From a virus, in the UHGV virus genome UHGV-0097968: DNA of 47,717 nucleotides; one strand, 5' to 3'. Positions 16,640 through 25,131 of the stretch are shown one piece after another. The translations under genes were made by a program, and so were the position numbers. Position 1 is the stretch's first letter. Every line of letters starts with the position of its first letter. The notes under the pieces are model-generated. The model worked only from the letters and a program-made list of their open reading frames with translations, was not told where the DNA came from and searched no databases.

Positions 16640-17305
16640 ATGAAAGCCGACAACTTAAGAATTATAGAGAATGGCAAATATGTTTTCGATATGTTCTTGG
16701 ATACTGGTGAATTTTACTATACAAGTCATGCCTTTGACACGAGAGAAGATGCAAAAAGCTGGATGGAAGAATGGCAGATTTGGGCAAATAATGTATCGAG
16801 TGGGAAAGTAAGTAGTATTTATTATATTTTACAAGTGCCTGATACTTGGGCCGGTTCTTCAGATAAAAATAACCCTTACTCGGGACTTTATGTGAAAATA
16901 GGGCGTTCCAATAATGTGCTAAAAAGGTTGTCTAACCTGCAGACAGGTGCATTTGGTCAATTAATATTACACGCTTTGGAACCTGGTGGTTCAGAAAAAG
17001 AAAACTATCTTCATGAAAAATTTAGCAACGAAAGACGTCAAGGTGAATGGTTTGTTTGTACTAAGGAACTTACCAAGCATATATTTACAACATGGTTTAA
17101 AAACAAAATGCTCCCACCAGAACATCAAATAAAAATAATGCAGCTCGCAGAAAGAATAGGTATTTATTCGCATGTTCATACACTAATGGGGGGGAAGCCA
17201 GACTTAGTAAACCCATCTATTAGTGAACCTTGGGAATGCGAAAAATATGTTTTGGTTGATATGATTTATAGCTCTTTAGCAAAGCAAGTTAATCATAAAA
17301 AATAA
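16640..17305 (+). CDS. T5orf172 (GIY-YIG-like) domain protein with unassigned N-terminal domain
   Basis: 221 aa; GLYVKIGRSNNVLKRLSNLQTG ... ENYLHEKFSNERRQGEWF matches the T5orf172/MUG113 signature (KIG..., LQTG, LH..F...R..GEWF) by recollection; AT-rich region. Confidence 0.7.
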   Translation: MKADNLRIIENGKYVFDMFLDTGEFYYTSHAFDTREDAKSWMEEWQIWANNVSSGKVSSIYYILQVPDTWAGSSDKNNPYSGLYVKIGRSNNVLKRLSNLQTGAFGQLILHALEPGGSEKENYLHEKFSNERRQGEWFVCTKELTKHIFTTWFKNKMLPPEHQIKIMQLAERIGIYSHVHTLMGGKPDLVNPSISEPWECEKYVLVDMIYSSLAKQVNHKK

Positions 17306-17625
17306 AGTGTTACATTTTAACTATACAATTATTGATTCACTAATGAAGAGGTGATTTAGACGTATGAAGTTTTAATAAGCTCCAAGAATATTTTGTCATA
17401 AATGGGTTAAAGAGTTATATAATAATATCTGCTTCTGGAATACAGCAGACAAGCACCTGCAGATAAAGGTCTGCTGAGAGCGAGAAGCGGATCATACGTT
17501 GGAAGTTGTTTAGGCAAATACGTTATAAACGTATTTGATTAAATTTACTTGGATCATAGTCTTCAATAACGCTTTATTATATTGTTTTTCATGCAGCAAA
17601 CAGGTTTACAGGTAGGTAATAAGCT

Positions 17626-18030
17626 ATGAGTGGATGGAAAGAGTCTTTTACATTAGCAGAACAGATACAATTAGCATTAAATTTAGGTTATGAGGCTGTA
17701 CCAGATGAAGAGGCATATACTGGGGCATACTTCATTAAAGGTGGTAAGAAGTGGATCTTTAACATCATCGGTCTCAAAAAGACATTGAATATATCTTCAG
17801 ATGATGAACTAAGAGGGCAGGATTATGATGTTGATATGTATTTCGAAATTCGCCAAAATTGGGCACAATACCAAGATATGATCTTTGGAAGCGAAGATAT
17901 CACTCCTTCACCTAAAAATGAACTTACTTCAATTTACCATGACCTGCAGGTAACGGATGAACCCAGGGAAATGGTGTATCTTTCTGATGGGATGTGGCTG
18001 GATCCCAACGGACGAATTGTACAACGATAG
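17626..18030 (+). CDS. Hypothetical protein
   Basis: 134-aa ORF in AT-rich accessory region. Confidence 0.45.
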   Translation: MSGWKESFTLAEQIQLALNLGYEAVPDEEAYTGAYFIKGGKKWIFNIIGLKKTLNISSDDELRGQDYDVDMYFEIRQNWAQYQDMIFGSEDITPSPKNELTSIYHDLQVTDEPREMVYLSDGMWLDPNGRIVQR

Positions 18031-18139
18031 CACTCGAACACACTCAGTAATCGTCTATAAGGCCAGCACTTGTTACTTGGTCATTTGGGGTTGCTGGTCT
18101 TCTCCATTAAATCGACTAAAGTCTGTTCCATAGAGAGAG

Positions 18140-18745
18140 TTACTTGCGTTTAAAAAGGTATTTTGTCACGACCAGCACGAGGCCGAATACCTCTGTCAAA
18201 GTACCGCCCATGTACAACTGGAGCGTTAAGTCTTTAAATACAAGCCATTCAGCACCAGTGGCAAAAAATACACCATTCATTATCAAAAGCTGGCAAGCAA
18301 GGATAATAAGGAACCATTTGCCATAGCGTTTTTTTAGATCGATTTCAGCTTCAAAATCTTTGTTGTTGAGTTGTTTGCGCTCATGCTCAGTATCAAGTGA
18401 ATTCACCTGTTTCACAGATGTGAACTCGGTCAAGATTTTACTCTCAGTACGGGTGACTTGTTGAGAGGGGGTAGGAATTGGAATTCTTTTGATTGACGCA
18501 GCTACAGCCATTTTGCGAGCTTCGGCAGCTCTTTTTCTGGCTATTCCGTGAATACGGGCAGACGGTTTTTTTGGAGCGTGCGAAACCTTTGTCTGAGGTG
18601 AAGTTTCGTCAGGAGACTGAACCGGAGTTTCATCCTCCTCCGGCTCAACCTCTTCTGCTAACTGACGGTGTAGGTTGAGGGAATCCTTCAGTCGGCGTGC
18701 AACTTCCTGTTTGAAACGGCTGTTAAAATCGTCATCCGATGGCAT
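18140..18745 (-). CDS. Membrane protein (disordered charged N-terminal region, two C-terminal TM helices), co-operonic with ImmA-like peptidase
   Basis: 201 aa; hydrophobic segments WFLIILACQLLIMNGVFFATGA and GTLTEVFGLVLVVTKYL; 9-bp gap to upstream peptidase gene; 3' end duplicated at 14542-14618. Confidence 0.65.
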   Translation of the reverse strand: MPSDDDFNSRFKQEVARRLKDSLNLHRQLAEEVEPEEDETPVQSPDETSPQTKVSHAPKKPSARIHGIARKRAAEARKMAVAASIKRIPIPTPSQQVTRTESKILTEFTSVKQVNSLDTEHERKQLNNKDFEAEIDLKKRYGKWFLIILACQLLIMNGVFFATGAEWLVFKDLTLQLYMGGTLTEVFGLVLVVTKYLFKRK

Positions 18746-18754
18746 TCTAAAGCG

Positions 18755-19243
18755 TTACCCCAACCTCAAGTTCTTTAAACGATAAGTCATCGCATCGTCA
18801 GATACGCCAAAATGATGCGCCATTATATAACTTGGTTGGCCGTCAGCGTGCAGTTTTCTGACCTCATCTACCGGCATCAGAAGTTCTGCTGCGAACTTGT
18901 TCGCAAAAATTTCATCAGGATGCGTTCCGGCGCTTGCGGTTTCGCCACGTAAATCAACGTACTCATATTCATCGCTATGCGATGCTTGCCGGGCGATGTA
19001 ATGCCCCAACTCATGCCCACATGAAAAACGTTGACGAACTTTGTTGTCATCACTGTTTAGAAAGATCGCTGGATCTTGATCTTTTTGTTTAATCAGTGCG
19101 CCAGAAACTTTCCCAGGAAGATCGGTAATAAAAACATCTAATCCCATGTCGTGAGCAATTTTCGCTGGATCAACAGGGAAACCACGCCCGCACCAGAACG
19201 TGTCCAGCACTCGCCGGGCGTGCTCTCTTGGGTTGGTAGCCAT
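18755..19243 (-). CDS. ImmA/IrrE-family zinc metallopeptidase (COG2856-like)
   Basis: 162 aa; HEXXH motif in RQRFSCGHELGHYIA; downstream EIFANKFAAELLMPVDEV and FGVSDDAMTYRLKNL typical of ImmA/IrrE. Confidence 0.8.
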   Translation of the reverse strand: MATNPREHARRVLDTFWCGRGFPVDPAKIAHDMGLDVFITDLPGKVSGALIKQKDQDPAIFLNSDDNKVRQRFSCGHELGHYIARQASHSDEYEYVDLRGETASAGTHPDEIFANKFAAELLMPVDEVRKLHADGQPSYIMAHHFGVSDDAMTYRLKNLRLG

Positions 19244-19810
19244 AGCTCCTCCAGTTACTGCATTACGATTATTGGTTGAAATATAGACAACATGTTCCGT
19301 ACCACATTCCTGTAAAAGTGCAAATTCTGCACTTCTGGTACGATATTAACTGTTAGTAGTAAAGTCTTCCAGATAAATCACTTTAAAATCTTGTGAATTG
19401 CTTGCTTTTTACGCTGCATTGTGGATGACTCAATGTTTCCAGTAAAAACATACAGGATAATCATGAGATTAGTGGTTTTTTAGGCATCCATATGTTTCTG
19501 AAAAAAATGGATGCCACAAGCGCCTGGATGAGCACAGGAAGGGAAGGCTATTACATGTGTGATTTATTACATCTGTAAAAAAATACAGATCTAACTTGAT
19601 CTTTTCATTGAAGTCTTTCTTAGTCCTGGATAGGATCTGGAGGTTGCGAAGTTTTTAGAGTCGCATCAAAGGGAAAGCCCTGACAGTTGGAGCTGTCAGG
19701 GCCATACAAAAACATCGGTTAATGCTTTCGTTGAGATCTCGGTTTGGGAGATTACCTCAACCGGGATCCCGTGTAAAGCATTCATTGCCGAAAATGATAT
19801 AGGTCAATGA

Positions 19811-20089
19811 ATGAAACACATCTGTAAAAAGTCACATCGTCACGACAGTATGTTTGATGTTCTTTCTGCAAATCAGGGTAACGTTGGGCGGCACAAGTGT
19901 TGTGGATGTGCCTATGATAAAGGTATGTGGCATGCATTAATCGGCGTTCCGCGTGCGGTTGATGACTCTGTTTTAGGTGATTTACCCGAAAGCCAGGCTG
20001 GGCATGTCCGTCATAAAGATGCTTTTGAAGCATATAATATGGGCTATGACCATGGGATGCATAAAAAAGCCTATGGTATGGCCTCATAA
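19811..20089 (+). CDS. Hypothetical Cys/His-rich small protein
   Basis: 92-aa ORF followed by strong terminator; the overlapping minus-strand ORF has implausible His/Tyr-rich composition. Confidence 0.45.
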   Translation: MKHICKKSHRHDSMFDVLSANQGNVGRHKCCGCAYDKGMWHALIGVPRAVDDSVLGDLPESQAGHVRHKDAFEAYNMGYDHGMHKKAYGMAS

Positions 20090-20109
20090 TCTGGTGCAAA
20101 TGAATAACT

Positions 20110-20137
20110 AACCCGCTTCGGCGGGTTTTCTTTTTTA
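20110..20137 (+). terminator. Rho-independent terminator
   Basis: Stem ACCCGC/GCGGGT, loop TTCG, T-rich tail TTTCTTTTTTAT. Confidence 0.65.
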
Positions 20138-20206
20138 TAGAACCCTGCGATGTGAAAACGAATAATAAATTGTGCAAATAATGCAATTTTTTTATTCGAG
20201 GTAATT

Positions 20207-20848
20207 ATGAAAACCTTCTATGAGGGCTGGCCTGAAACTTTCGTTAGCCGGTTAGATATGTTACGGGCGTTGGATGATCGCGGTTCGACCCGGAGGCTCT
20301 ATCTTGAGCGGACCGGAGCAATATTTGACTCTCTGGCAGAAGAGATACGTACAGCCGTTGCCGGGCATCCTGAAATTGACGCGAGTGAACTTGATATCGG
20401 GCCGCTATATCGCTATTACAAACGTGGAGAAAAGGGGGATCCGCTGGCTGACTTACTTATTAAATTGGCTCCACCAACCTGTGAACGGGTTCGTATATCC
20501 CCTGAAGTGTACACAATCCCGTATTTGTTTTTTGCACTGTTGATAGCGCAAGGCGCTGACAACGATGCCCGCGATTTTTTCAATATGATGATGCGACCGT
20601 TAATCATTGCTTACCGTTTCAAACAACTGGCGCGTTACCTTGGCACTAAGGGCGGAGGACGACCACAGCACAGATTAAAAAGCGAAGCCATTGAACTGGC
20701 TGATCGTTTTTTTACTGAAAACCCGACAGCGCCATTATCGCGTGGTGTGCAATACATATCCGGTATTTTTGTGGCGAAATACTCTGACCCACCTGCAGCG
20801 TCGACGATTAGAAAATGGTTAATTTCAATTTACAGGAGTGATAAATAA
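20207..20848 (+). CDS. Hypothetical protein
   Basis: 213-aa ORF with GAGG RBS; no recognised motif. Confidence 0.55.
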   Translation: MKTFYEGWPETFVSRLDMLRALDDRGSTRRLYLERTGAIFDSLAEEIRTAVAGHPEIDASELDIGPLYRYYKRGEKGDPLADLLIKLAPPTCERVRISPEVYTIPYLFFALLIAQGADNDARDFFNMMMRPLIIAYRFKQLARYLGTKGGGRPQHRLKSEAIELADRFFTENPTAPLSRGVQYISGIFVAKYSDPPAASTIRKWLISIYRSDK

Positions 20849-20941
20849 TGACCATAAACGGTTTAATCCCCTATAAAACCGTTTAATAAAATTCACGACG
20901 TGAATATAATTGTTCATTATTCCCTCATTGTATCTGGCGTT

Positions 20942-20979
20942 ATGACAAATGCCATAAAATACTGTATAAATGTACAGGC
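20942..20979 (+). promoter_or_regulatory. Second LexA (SOS) box overlapping a promoter
   Basis: TACTGTATAAATGTACAGGC at 20960-20979 (CTGT-N8-ACAG); -35 ATGACA 20942-20947 and -10 TATAAA 20965-20970 inside the box. Confidence 0.65.
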
Positions 20980-20999
20980 AATGGCGTTAGGGGGAAGAC

Positions 21000-21179
21000 A
21001 TGAATATTCAAGAATCTATAGGCGAACTACCGGAAACATGCCGGGCTGTTATCAAGCGTAAGGACGGACACATCGTTGGTGTGCGTGTTCTGACTGATGA
21101 TGAACGGATTGCCAGCCTGACGGCGTTTCTCGAGTTGGCAGAAACAGCCGGATATACTATTACACCCCCTGACGCGTAA
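21000..21179 (+). CDS. SOS-controlled small protein (59 aa), candidate antirepressor or SOS effector
   Basis: ORF below the track's 60-aa cutoff, found by reading; strong RBS GGGGGAAG; LexA box 20 bp upstream; terminator-like hairpin downstream (21195-21225). Confidence 0.5.
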   Translation: MNIQESIGELPETCRAVIKRKDGHIVGVRVLTDDERIASLTAFLELAETAGYTITPPDA

Positions 21180-21256
21180 AACACGGTATAATATCGGTGC
21201 TGGATTGAACACCCGGCACCATTTTCTGAACACTGCCGCGCCACCTGGAGTTAAAC

Positions 21257-21853
21257 ATGGCGCAGCATTCATTTATCAGGGTATCCGGCGGTTCGCTAAT
21301 ACCCGCGACACCAGACACGCAACGCTGGTTGACTGAACGAGTCAAACCAGGTGCTGTTGTGTATGCAGATTTCAAACAAGCGCGTAATCCCGCGTTTCAT
21401 CGTAAATTTTTCTCACTTCTCAACCTGGGCTTTGATTACTGGCATCCGTCCGGAGGGGCTATTTCTCCTGCGGAGCGCGAACTGGTTCACGGCTACGTTA
21501 AGTTACTGGCGTATTACGGTGGACACGGTGATGTCATGGCAGAGCTGGCTGATCAGTATCTTCTCGATGAGTCGGAAAAGCGCGCGGGGAATATCAGTGC
21601 GGTGAAGTCGTTCGAGGCGTTTCGCGCCTGGGCGATTATGGAAGCTGGGTTTTATGACGTTCATCAGATGCCGGATGGCAGTTTGATGCGCGTACCTCGT
21701 TCAATCTCGTTTGCTGCGATGGACGATCTTGAGTTCGGTCAACTGTATTCAGCCGTTTTAGATGTGCTGTGGAATTATATTTTGTTCCGCACGTTTGCCT
21801 CTCAGGAGGCCGCTGAAAATGCTGCCGCGCAGCTGCTGGATTACACATCATGA
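21257..21853 (+). CDS. DUF1367-like nin-region protein
   Basis: 198 aa; position and sequence recalled as DUF1367-type prophage protein; GGAG RBS. Confidence 0.55.
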   Translation: MAQHSFIRVSGGSLIPATPDTQRWLTERVKPGAVVYADFKQARNPAFHRKFFSLLNLGFDYWHPSGGAISPAERELVHGYVKLLAYYGGHGDVMAELADQYLLDESEKRAGNISAVKSFEAFRAWAIMEAGFYDVHQMPDGSLMRVPRSISFAAMDDLEFGQLYSAVLDVLWNYILFRTFASQEAAENAAAQLLDYTS

Positions 21854-22143
21854 AAAAAATCGACCTCAGAAAAGCTGCACGCGGTCGCGCTTGTACTGTG
21901 CGTATCCCCGGTGTGTGTAATCACAATCCGGAAACCAGTGTACTGGCTCACTACCGCCTCGCCGGAACATGCGGAACAGCAATCAAACCACACGATATGC
22001 AGGGCGCTATCGCCTGCAGTGCGTGTCACGATGCTATCGACGGACGTACAAAAACGGATTACGAGCACGACTCATTGCTGTTGATGCACGCTGAGGGAGT
22101 TTTCAGAACACTGGCTATCTGGCGCGATGAGGAGTTTATCTGA
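21850..22143 (+). CDS. DUF1364 (YbcO-like) nin-region protein
   Basis: 97 aa; DLRKAARGRACTVRIPGVCNHNPETSVLAH...IACSACHD resembles YbcO by recollection. Confidence 0.6.
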   Translation: MKKIDLRKAARGRACTVRIPGVCNHNPETSVLAHYRLAGTCGTAIKPHDMQGAIACSACHDAIDGRTKTDYEHDSLLLMHAEGVFRTLAIWRDEEFI

Positions 22144-22814
22144 TGAGTAACGAGTATTTATTGGAATATACCCGCATAAAACTGCGCGCTGCATTGCGGG
22201 ATTTGTCTGGTGGTTCTAAGGGGCAACTGGAAGCATTGTGTGAGCACCCGCCGGCAGACAAAAACGCATACCCACGCAAACATATTCATCGTGTGCAACT
22301 GGAGGACCGGACCGTTGATGCTCTGGTTACGCCAGTTTACGCCCTGGAAAGTTTCAGCAGACGTCGCCCCGCGCCGCCGATGAATGATTTTGAATTTGCT
22401 GATTCATCCTGGCGGCGTTCTGTGAACTCGCTGGATGCAAGTCAGCAAGCGTGGTTGCGCTATTGCTACGGTGGTAACCTGGCGTTCAAACACCAAACAG
22501 CTATTTGTGAGGCTGTCTGGAGTCGCTATAAAGGAAACATCCCCGCGTCAACTCAGAGAAAAGTAGTCAAGCGCCTGCTTTCGCTGGTGTGGTTGTCCGT
22601 GCAGGCGGTCGCAGCAGCAAATAAACGCGAGGATTTTAAGGAGATGGCCGGATCTGCGCTAGCTGGAATGTTGTCTGTTTCTCGCTCCACCTGGTGCGAA
22701 ACATACTCCCCGCACTGGGCAGGAATGAAAGAGGCGGTGAGAGCACTTGATGAAGTGGCACTTCTTGCAACTTTGCATCATTATCAAAACCATTTAGACG
22801 ACGTTTGCGTATAA
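22143..22814 (+). CDS. Putative late-gene antiterminator (Q-like) by position
   Basis: 223-aa ORF immediately upstream of the late promoter region and holin gene; no family motif confirmed. Confidence 0.4.
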   Translation: MSNEYLLEYTRIKLRAALRDLSGGSKGQLEALCEHPPADKNAYPRKHIHRVQLEDRTVDALVTPVYALESFSRRRPAPPMNDFEFADSSWRRSVNSLDASQQAWLRYCYGGNLAFKHQTAICEAVWSRYKGNIPASTQRKVVKRLLSLVWLSVQAVAAANKREDFKEMAGSALAGMLSVSRSTWCETYSPHWAGMKEAVRALDEVALLATLHHYQNHLDDVCV

Positions 22815-22926
22815 TGCTTGCAAAACCGAACAAAATAGGCCATATTTAACGCTAATTTGGTATGTTGCCAAATTTCTAAGAACCTCGCCACGGCGGGGTT
22901 TTGTCGTTTCTGAATCAGGAAAAATC

Positions 22927-23310
22927 ATGTCTGAACCTCTAACCGCTGGCGTTGCTGCTGGCTCGGCGGGGGTGACGTTTGCTGCGTTATTTCCTGAGGC
23001 AACACCTGCAGTGATGATCTGTGCGCTGGCAGGCGCAGCTCTCTATGTGTTGTCATCCGGGCAGCATCGATTCTGGAAGCAGGTTATTTTCGCACTCATT
23101 TCGTTTGTTGGCGGTGTGTATTGCGCTGAGACAGCGTCAGCAATCATTACCGGTATTCTGAATGCGATGCTGAGTCACCTGAACCCTCCCGTAACAGTAA
23201 AAGTCTCTCCCGCCATTGGTGCACTGGTTGCATCAGTAATCAGCGTTACATCACTGTTGCGGATCATGTCACAAGCTCGTTTATGGAAATCAGATAAGGG
23301 GATGAAATAA
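22927..23310 (+). CDS. Holin
   Basis: 127 aa with three hydrophobic segments and charged C-terminus; first gene after Q-like. Confidence 0.7.
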   Translation: MSEPLTAGVAAGSAGVTFAALFPEATPAVMICALAGAALYVLSSGQHRFWKQVIFALISFVGGVYCAETASAIITGILNAMLSHLNPPVTVKVSPAIGALVASVISVTSLLRIMSQARLWKSDKGMK

Positions 23311-23582
23311 TGACCCTGCACTCTGTCCTCATCAATGCCAATGCAATTATTTGTCTGATGCTGGCACTACGGTTGATGTTTTTTCAAAAAACAGGCCGCT
23401 ATCGTTTTTTTATCTCACTAACTGCTTACCTGGCGATTCTGTCTGCTGCGTGGATAGCCCTACGAATTTTTTACGGGAAATATACGCAGGTTGATCCCGC
23501 AGAGTTTTTTCTCAACCTCACCATCTGTATTGCTGTCTGGCGGGCACGAGGGAATATTTCAAAAATAACAGGAGACAGGTAA
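23310..23582 (+). CDS. Small membrane protein (second holin/antiholin-like)
   Basis: 90 aa, two hydrophobic helices, overlapping start/stop with neighbours. Confidence 0.55.
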   Translation: MTLHSVLINANAIICLMLALRLMFFQKTGRYRFFISLTAYLAILSAAWIALRIFYGKYTQVDPAEFFLNLTICIAVWRARGNISKITGDR

Positions 23583-24064
23583 TGACCGATCCTAAATGGC
23601 TAATTGAGGCTCGAAAAAACCTCGGCATTCGGGAAATGAAAGGGAAGCAACATGCTGCAGAAATTGTGCAGTACTGGAAAGATATCAAACGCGGCGGCAT
23701 TAAGGATGACGAAACACCGTGGTGCGCTGCTTTCACCGGGGCAATGCTGGAACGTGCGGGTATTCGCTCAACGCGTTTTGAGTCTGCGAATTCTTATCTC
23801 GATTGGGGTAATGAACTGAAGGAACCCGCCTATGGATGCATTGCTATTCTGTCTCGGTCTGGCGGTGGTCACGTTGGCTTTGTTGTCGGGAAAAATGCCG
23901 CCGGGGATTTAATGATTTTGGGTGGTAACCAGGCAGATGAAGTAAATATCAAAGCTTTTTCTCGTTCCCGCATAACAGGCTATCGCTGGCCTGTTGATGT
24001 GCTGGATGTGCCGTCAACCTTGCCGCTGCTGATGGGAGGTGAATTATCAACTTCGGAGCAGTAA
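23582..24064 (+). CDS. Endolysin, Cys/His peptidase type (TIGR02594/CHAP-like)
   Basis: 160 aa; conserved Cys (PWCAAF) and His (GGHVGFV) spacing typical of CHAP/NlpC-P60-like endolysins. Confidence 0.65.
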   Translation: MTDPKWLIEARKNLGIREMKGKQHAAEIVQYWKDIKRGGIKDDETPWCAAFTGAMLERAGIRSTRFESANSYLDWGNELKEPAYGCIAILSRSGGGHVGFVVGKNAAGDLMILGGNQADEVNIKAFSRSRITGYRWPVDVLDVPSTLPLLMGGELSTSEQ

Positions 24065-24066
24065 CC

Positions 24067-24258
24067 ATGAAAAAGTTCTTTCTACTGGCAGCGTTGGTGC
24101 TTGCGGGTTGCTCAAACACGACGTACACGGAAGCAACGCATCCCAACGGCACGACCGTAAAGCACATTTCTATCGCACCGGGTACGAAGAGCACAACCGC
24201 AAGTGGTGGCTGTATCGACTCTACCGGGGCTGCGGCTTCATGCCCATTGGATCAATGA
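24067..24258 (+). CDS. Small lipoprotein (possible o-spanin-like or entry-exclusion lipoprotein)
   Basis: 63 aa; signal peptide with lipobox LAGC; additional Cys residues; follows endolysin. Confidence 0.55.
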   Translation: MKKFFLLAALVLAGCSNTTYTEATHPNGTTVKHISIAPGTKSTTASGGCIDSTGAAASCPLDQ

Positions 24259-24633
24259 GGGTAATTGGCATAGGCAATTTAACCGTATAAGTGCGCCTTC
24301 ACCGGCTTCCTGCAAATAAGTGCATTTCGTAATTTATAAAGTTCTAAGAAGCAAGTCCATAAGCTTAACATTACAGCACAAACGATCTGTTTTTAGTTCT
24401 ATGGGTGTTCTCTTTTTCGGGAATATATTTTAGTAACCAGAATTAAATTCTAAAAGGCCTTGCAACTGCGGGGCTTTTTTATATCCGTATTTCGCTGCGC
24501 ACCGCATGCGCATATCAACCACCGAACCAGACCCTTTGGAATGAGCCGTTGAGGATGTCAGTTAGTGCTGGCGAGCCTCGGTGGGCTGACTTCCTATGCG
24601 GCAACGGTTCATCTCAAAGAGTAGGTACACGCT

Positions 24634-25131
24634 ATGAAATCATTAACCCTCTTCAATCAACCAATCCGCGTCGGGGATGATGGCATGATCTGCCTCACCG
24701 ACATGTGGAAAGCCAGCGGCAAAAGTGACGCTGAATCGCCGTACCACTATCTGCGAAACAAGCAGACCAAAGAGTTCCTTGTCGAGCTGGAGAAAAACCA
24801 CGAATCTGTGGTTTTCACTGCCCGCGGCGTACACGGCGGAACCTATGGCGGGAAGTTTGTTGCTTACGATTATGCGGCTTGGTTAAACCCAGGGTTCAAG
24901 TATGCAGCCTATAAAGTACTCGATGACTACTTCACCGGAGAGCTTCGGCATCGTAATAGCTTAAGTGCGCAGCTCAACATGAAGTGTTATGAGTTTGACC
25001 AGAAGAAAGACATGGCGAGCTTCTGTGGGCAAGGACTCGCGGCATGGCGTTATACAAAGCCTGTGCTGATCGCTGAGATGAACACCTTGGCAAACCAACT
25101 GCAGATTACGCTCCCTGGACTTCCTGGATGA
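24634..25131 (+). CDS. KilA-N domain protein
   Basis: 165 aa; PIRVGDDGMICLTDMWKASGKS...FVAYDYAAWLNPGFKYAAYKVLDDYF resembles KilA-N. Confidence 0.65.
   Translation: MKSLTLFNQPIRVGDDGMICLTDMWKASGKSDAESPYHYLRNKQTKEFLVELEKNHESVVFTARGVHGGTYGGKFVAYDYAAWLNPGFKYAAYKVLDDYFTGELRHRNSLSAQLNMKCYEFDQKKDMASFCGQGLAAWRYTKPVLIAEMNTLANQLQITLPGLPG

Noticed and set aside
19782-20186. 134-aa minus-strand ORF
   Set aside because: Extremely His/Tyr/Arg-rich and antisense to a better-formed plus-strand ORF that is followed by a strong plus-strand terminator.
24039-24290. 83-aa plus-strand ORF overlapping the lysis lipoprotein in another frame, considered as a possible embedded spanin partner
   Set aside because: No N-terminal TM helix and no RBS; composition not protein-like.
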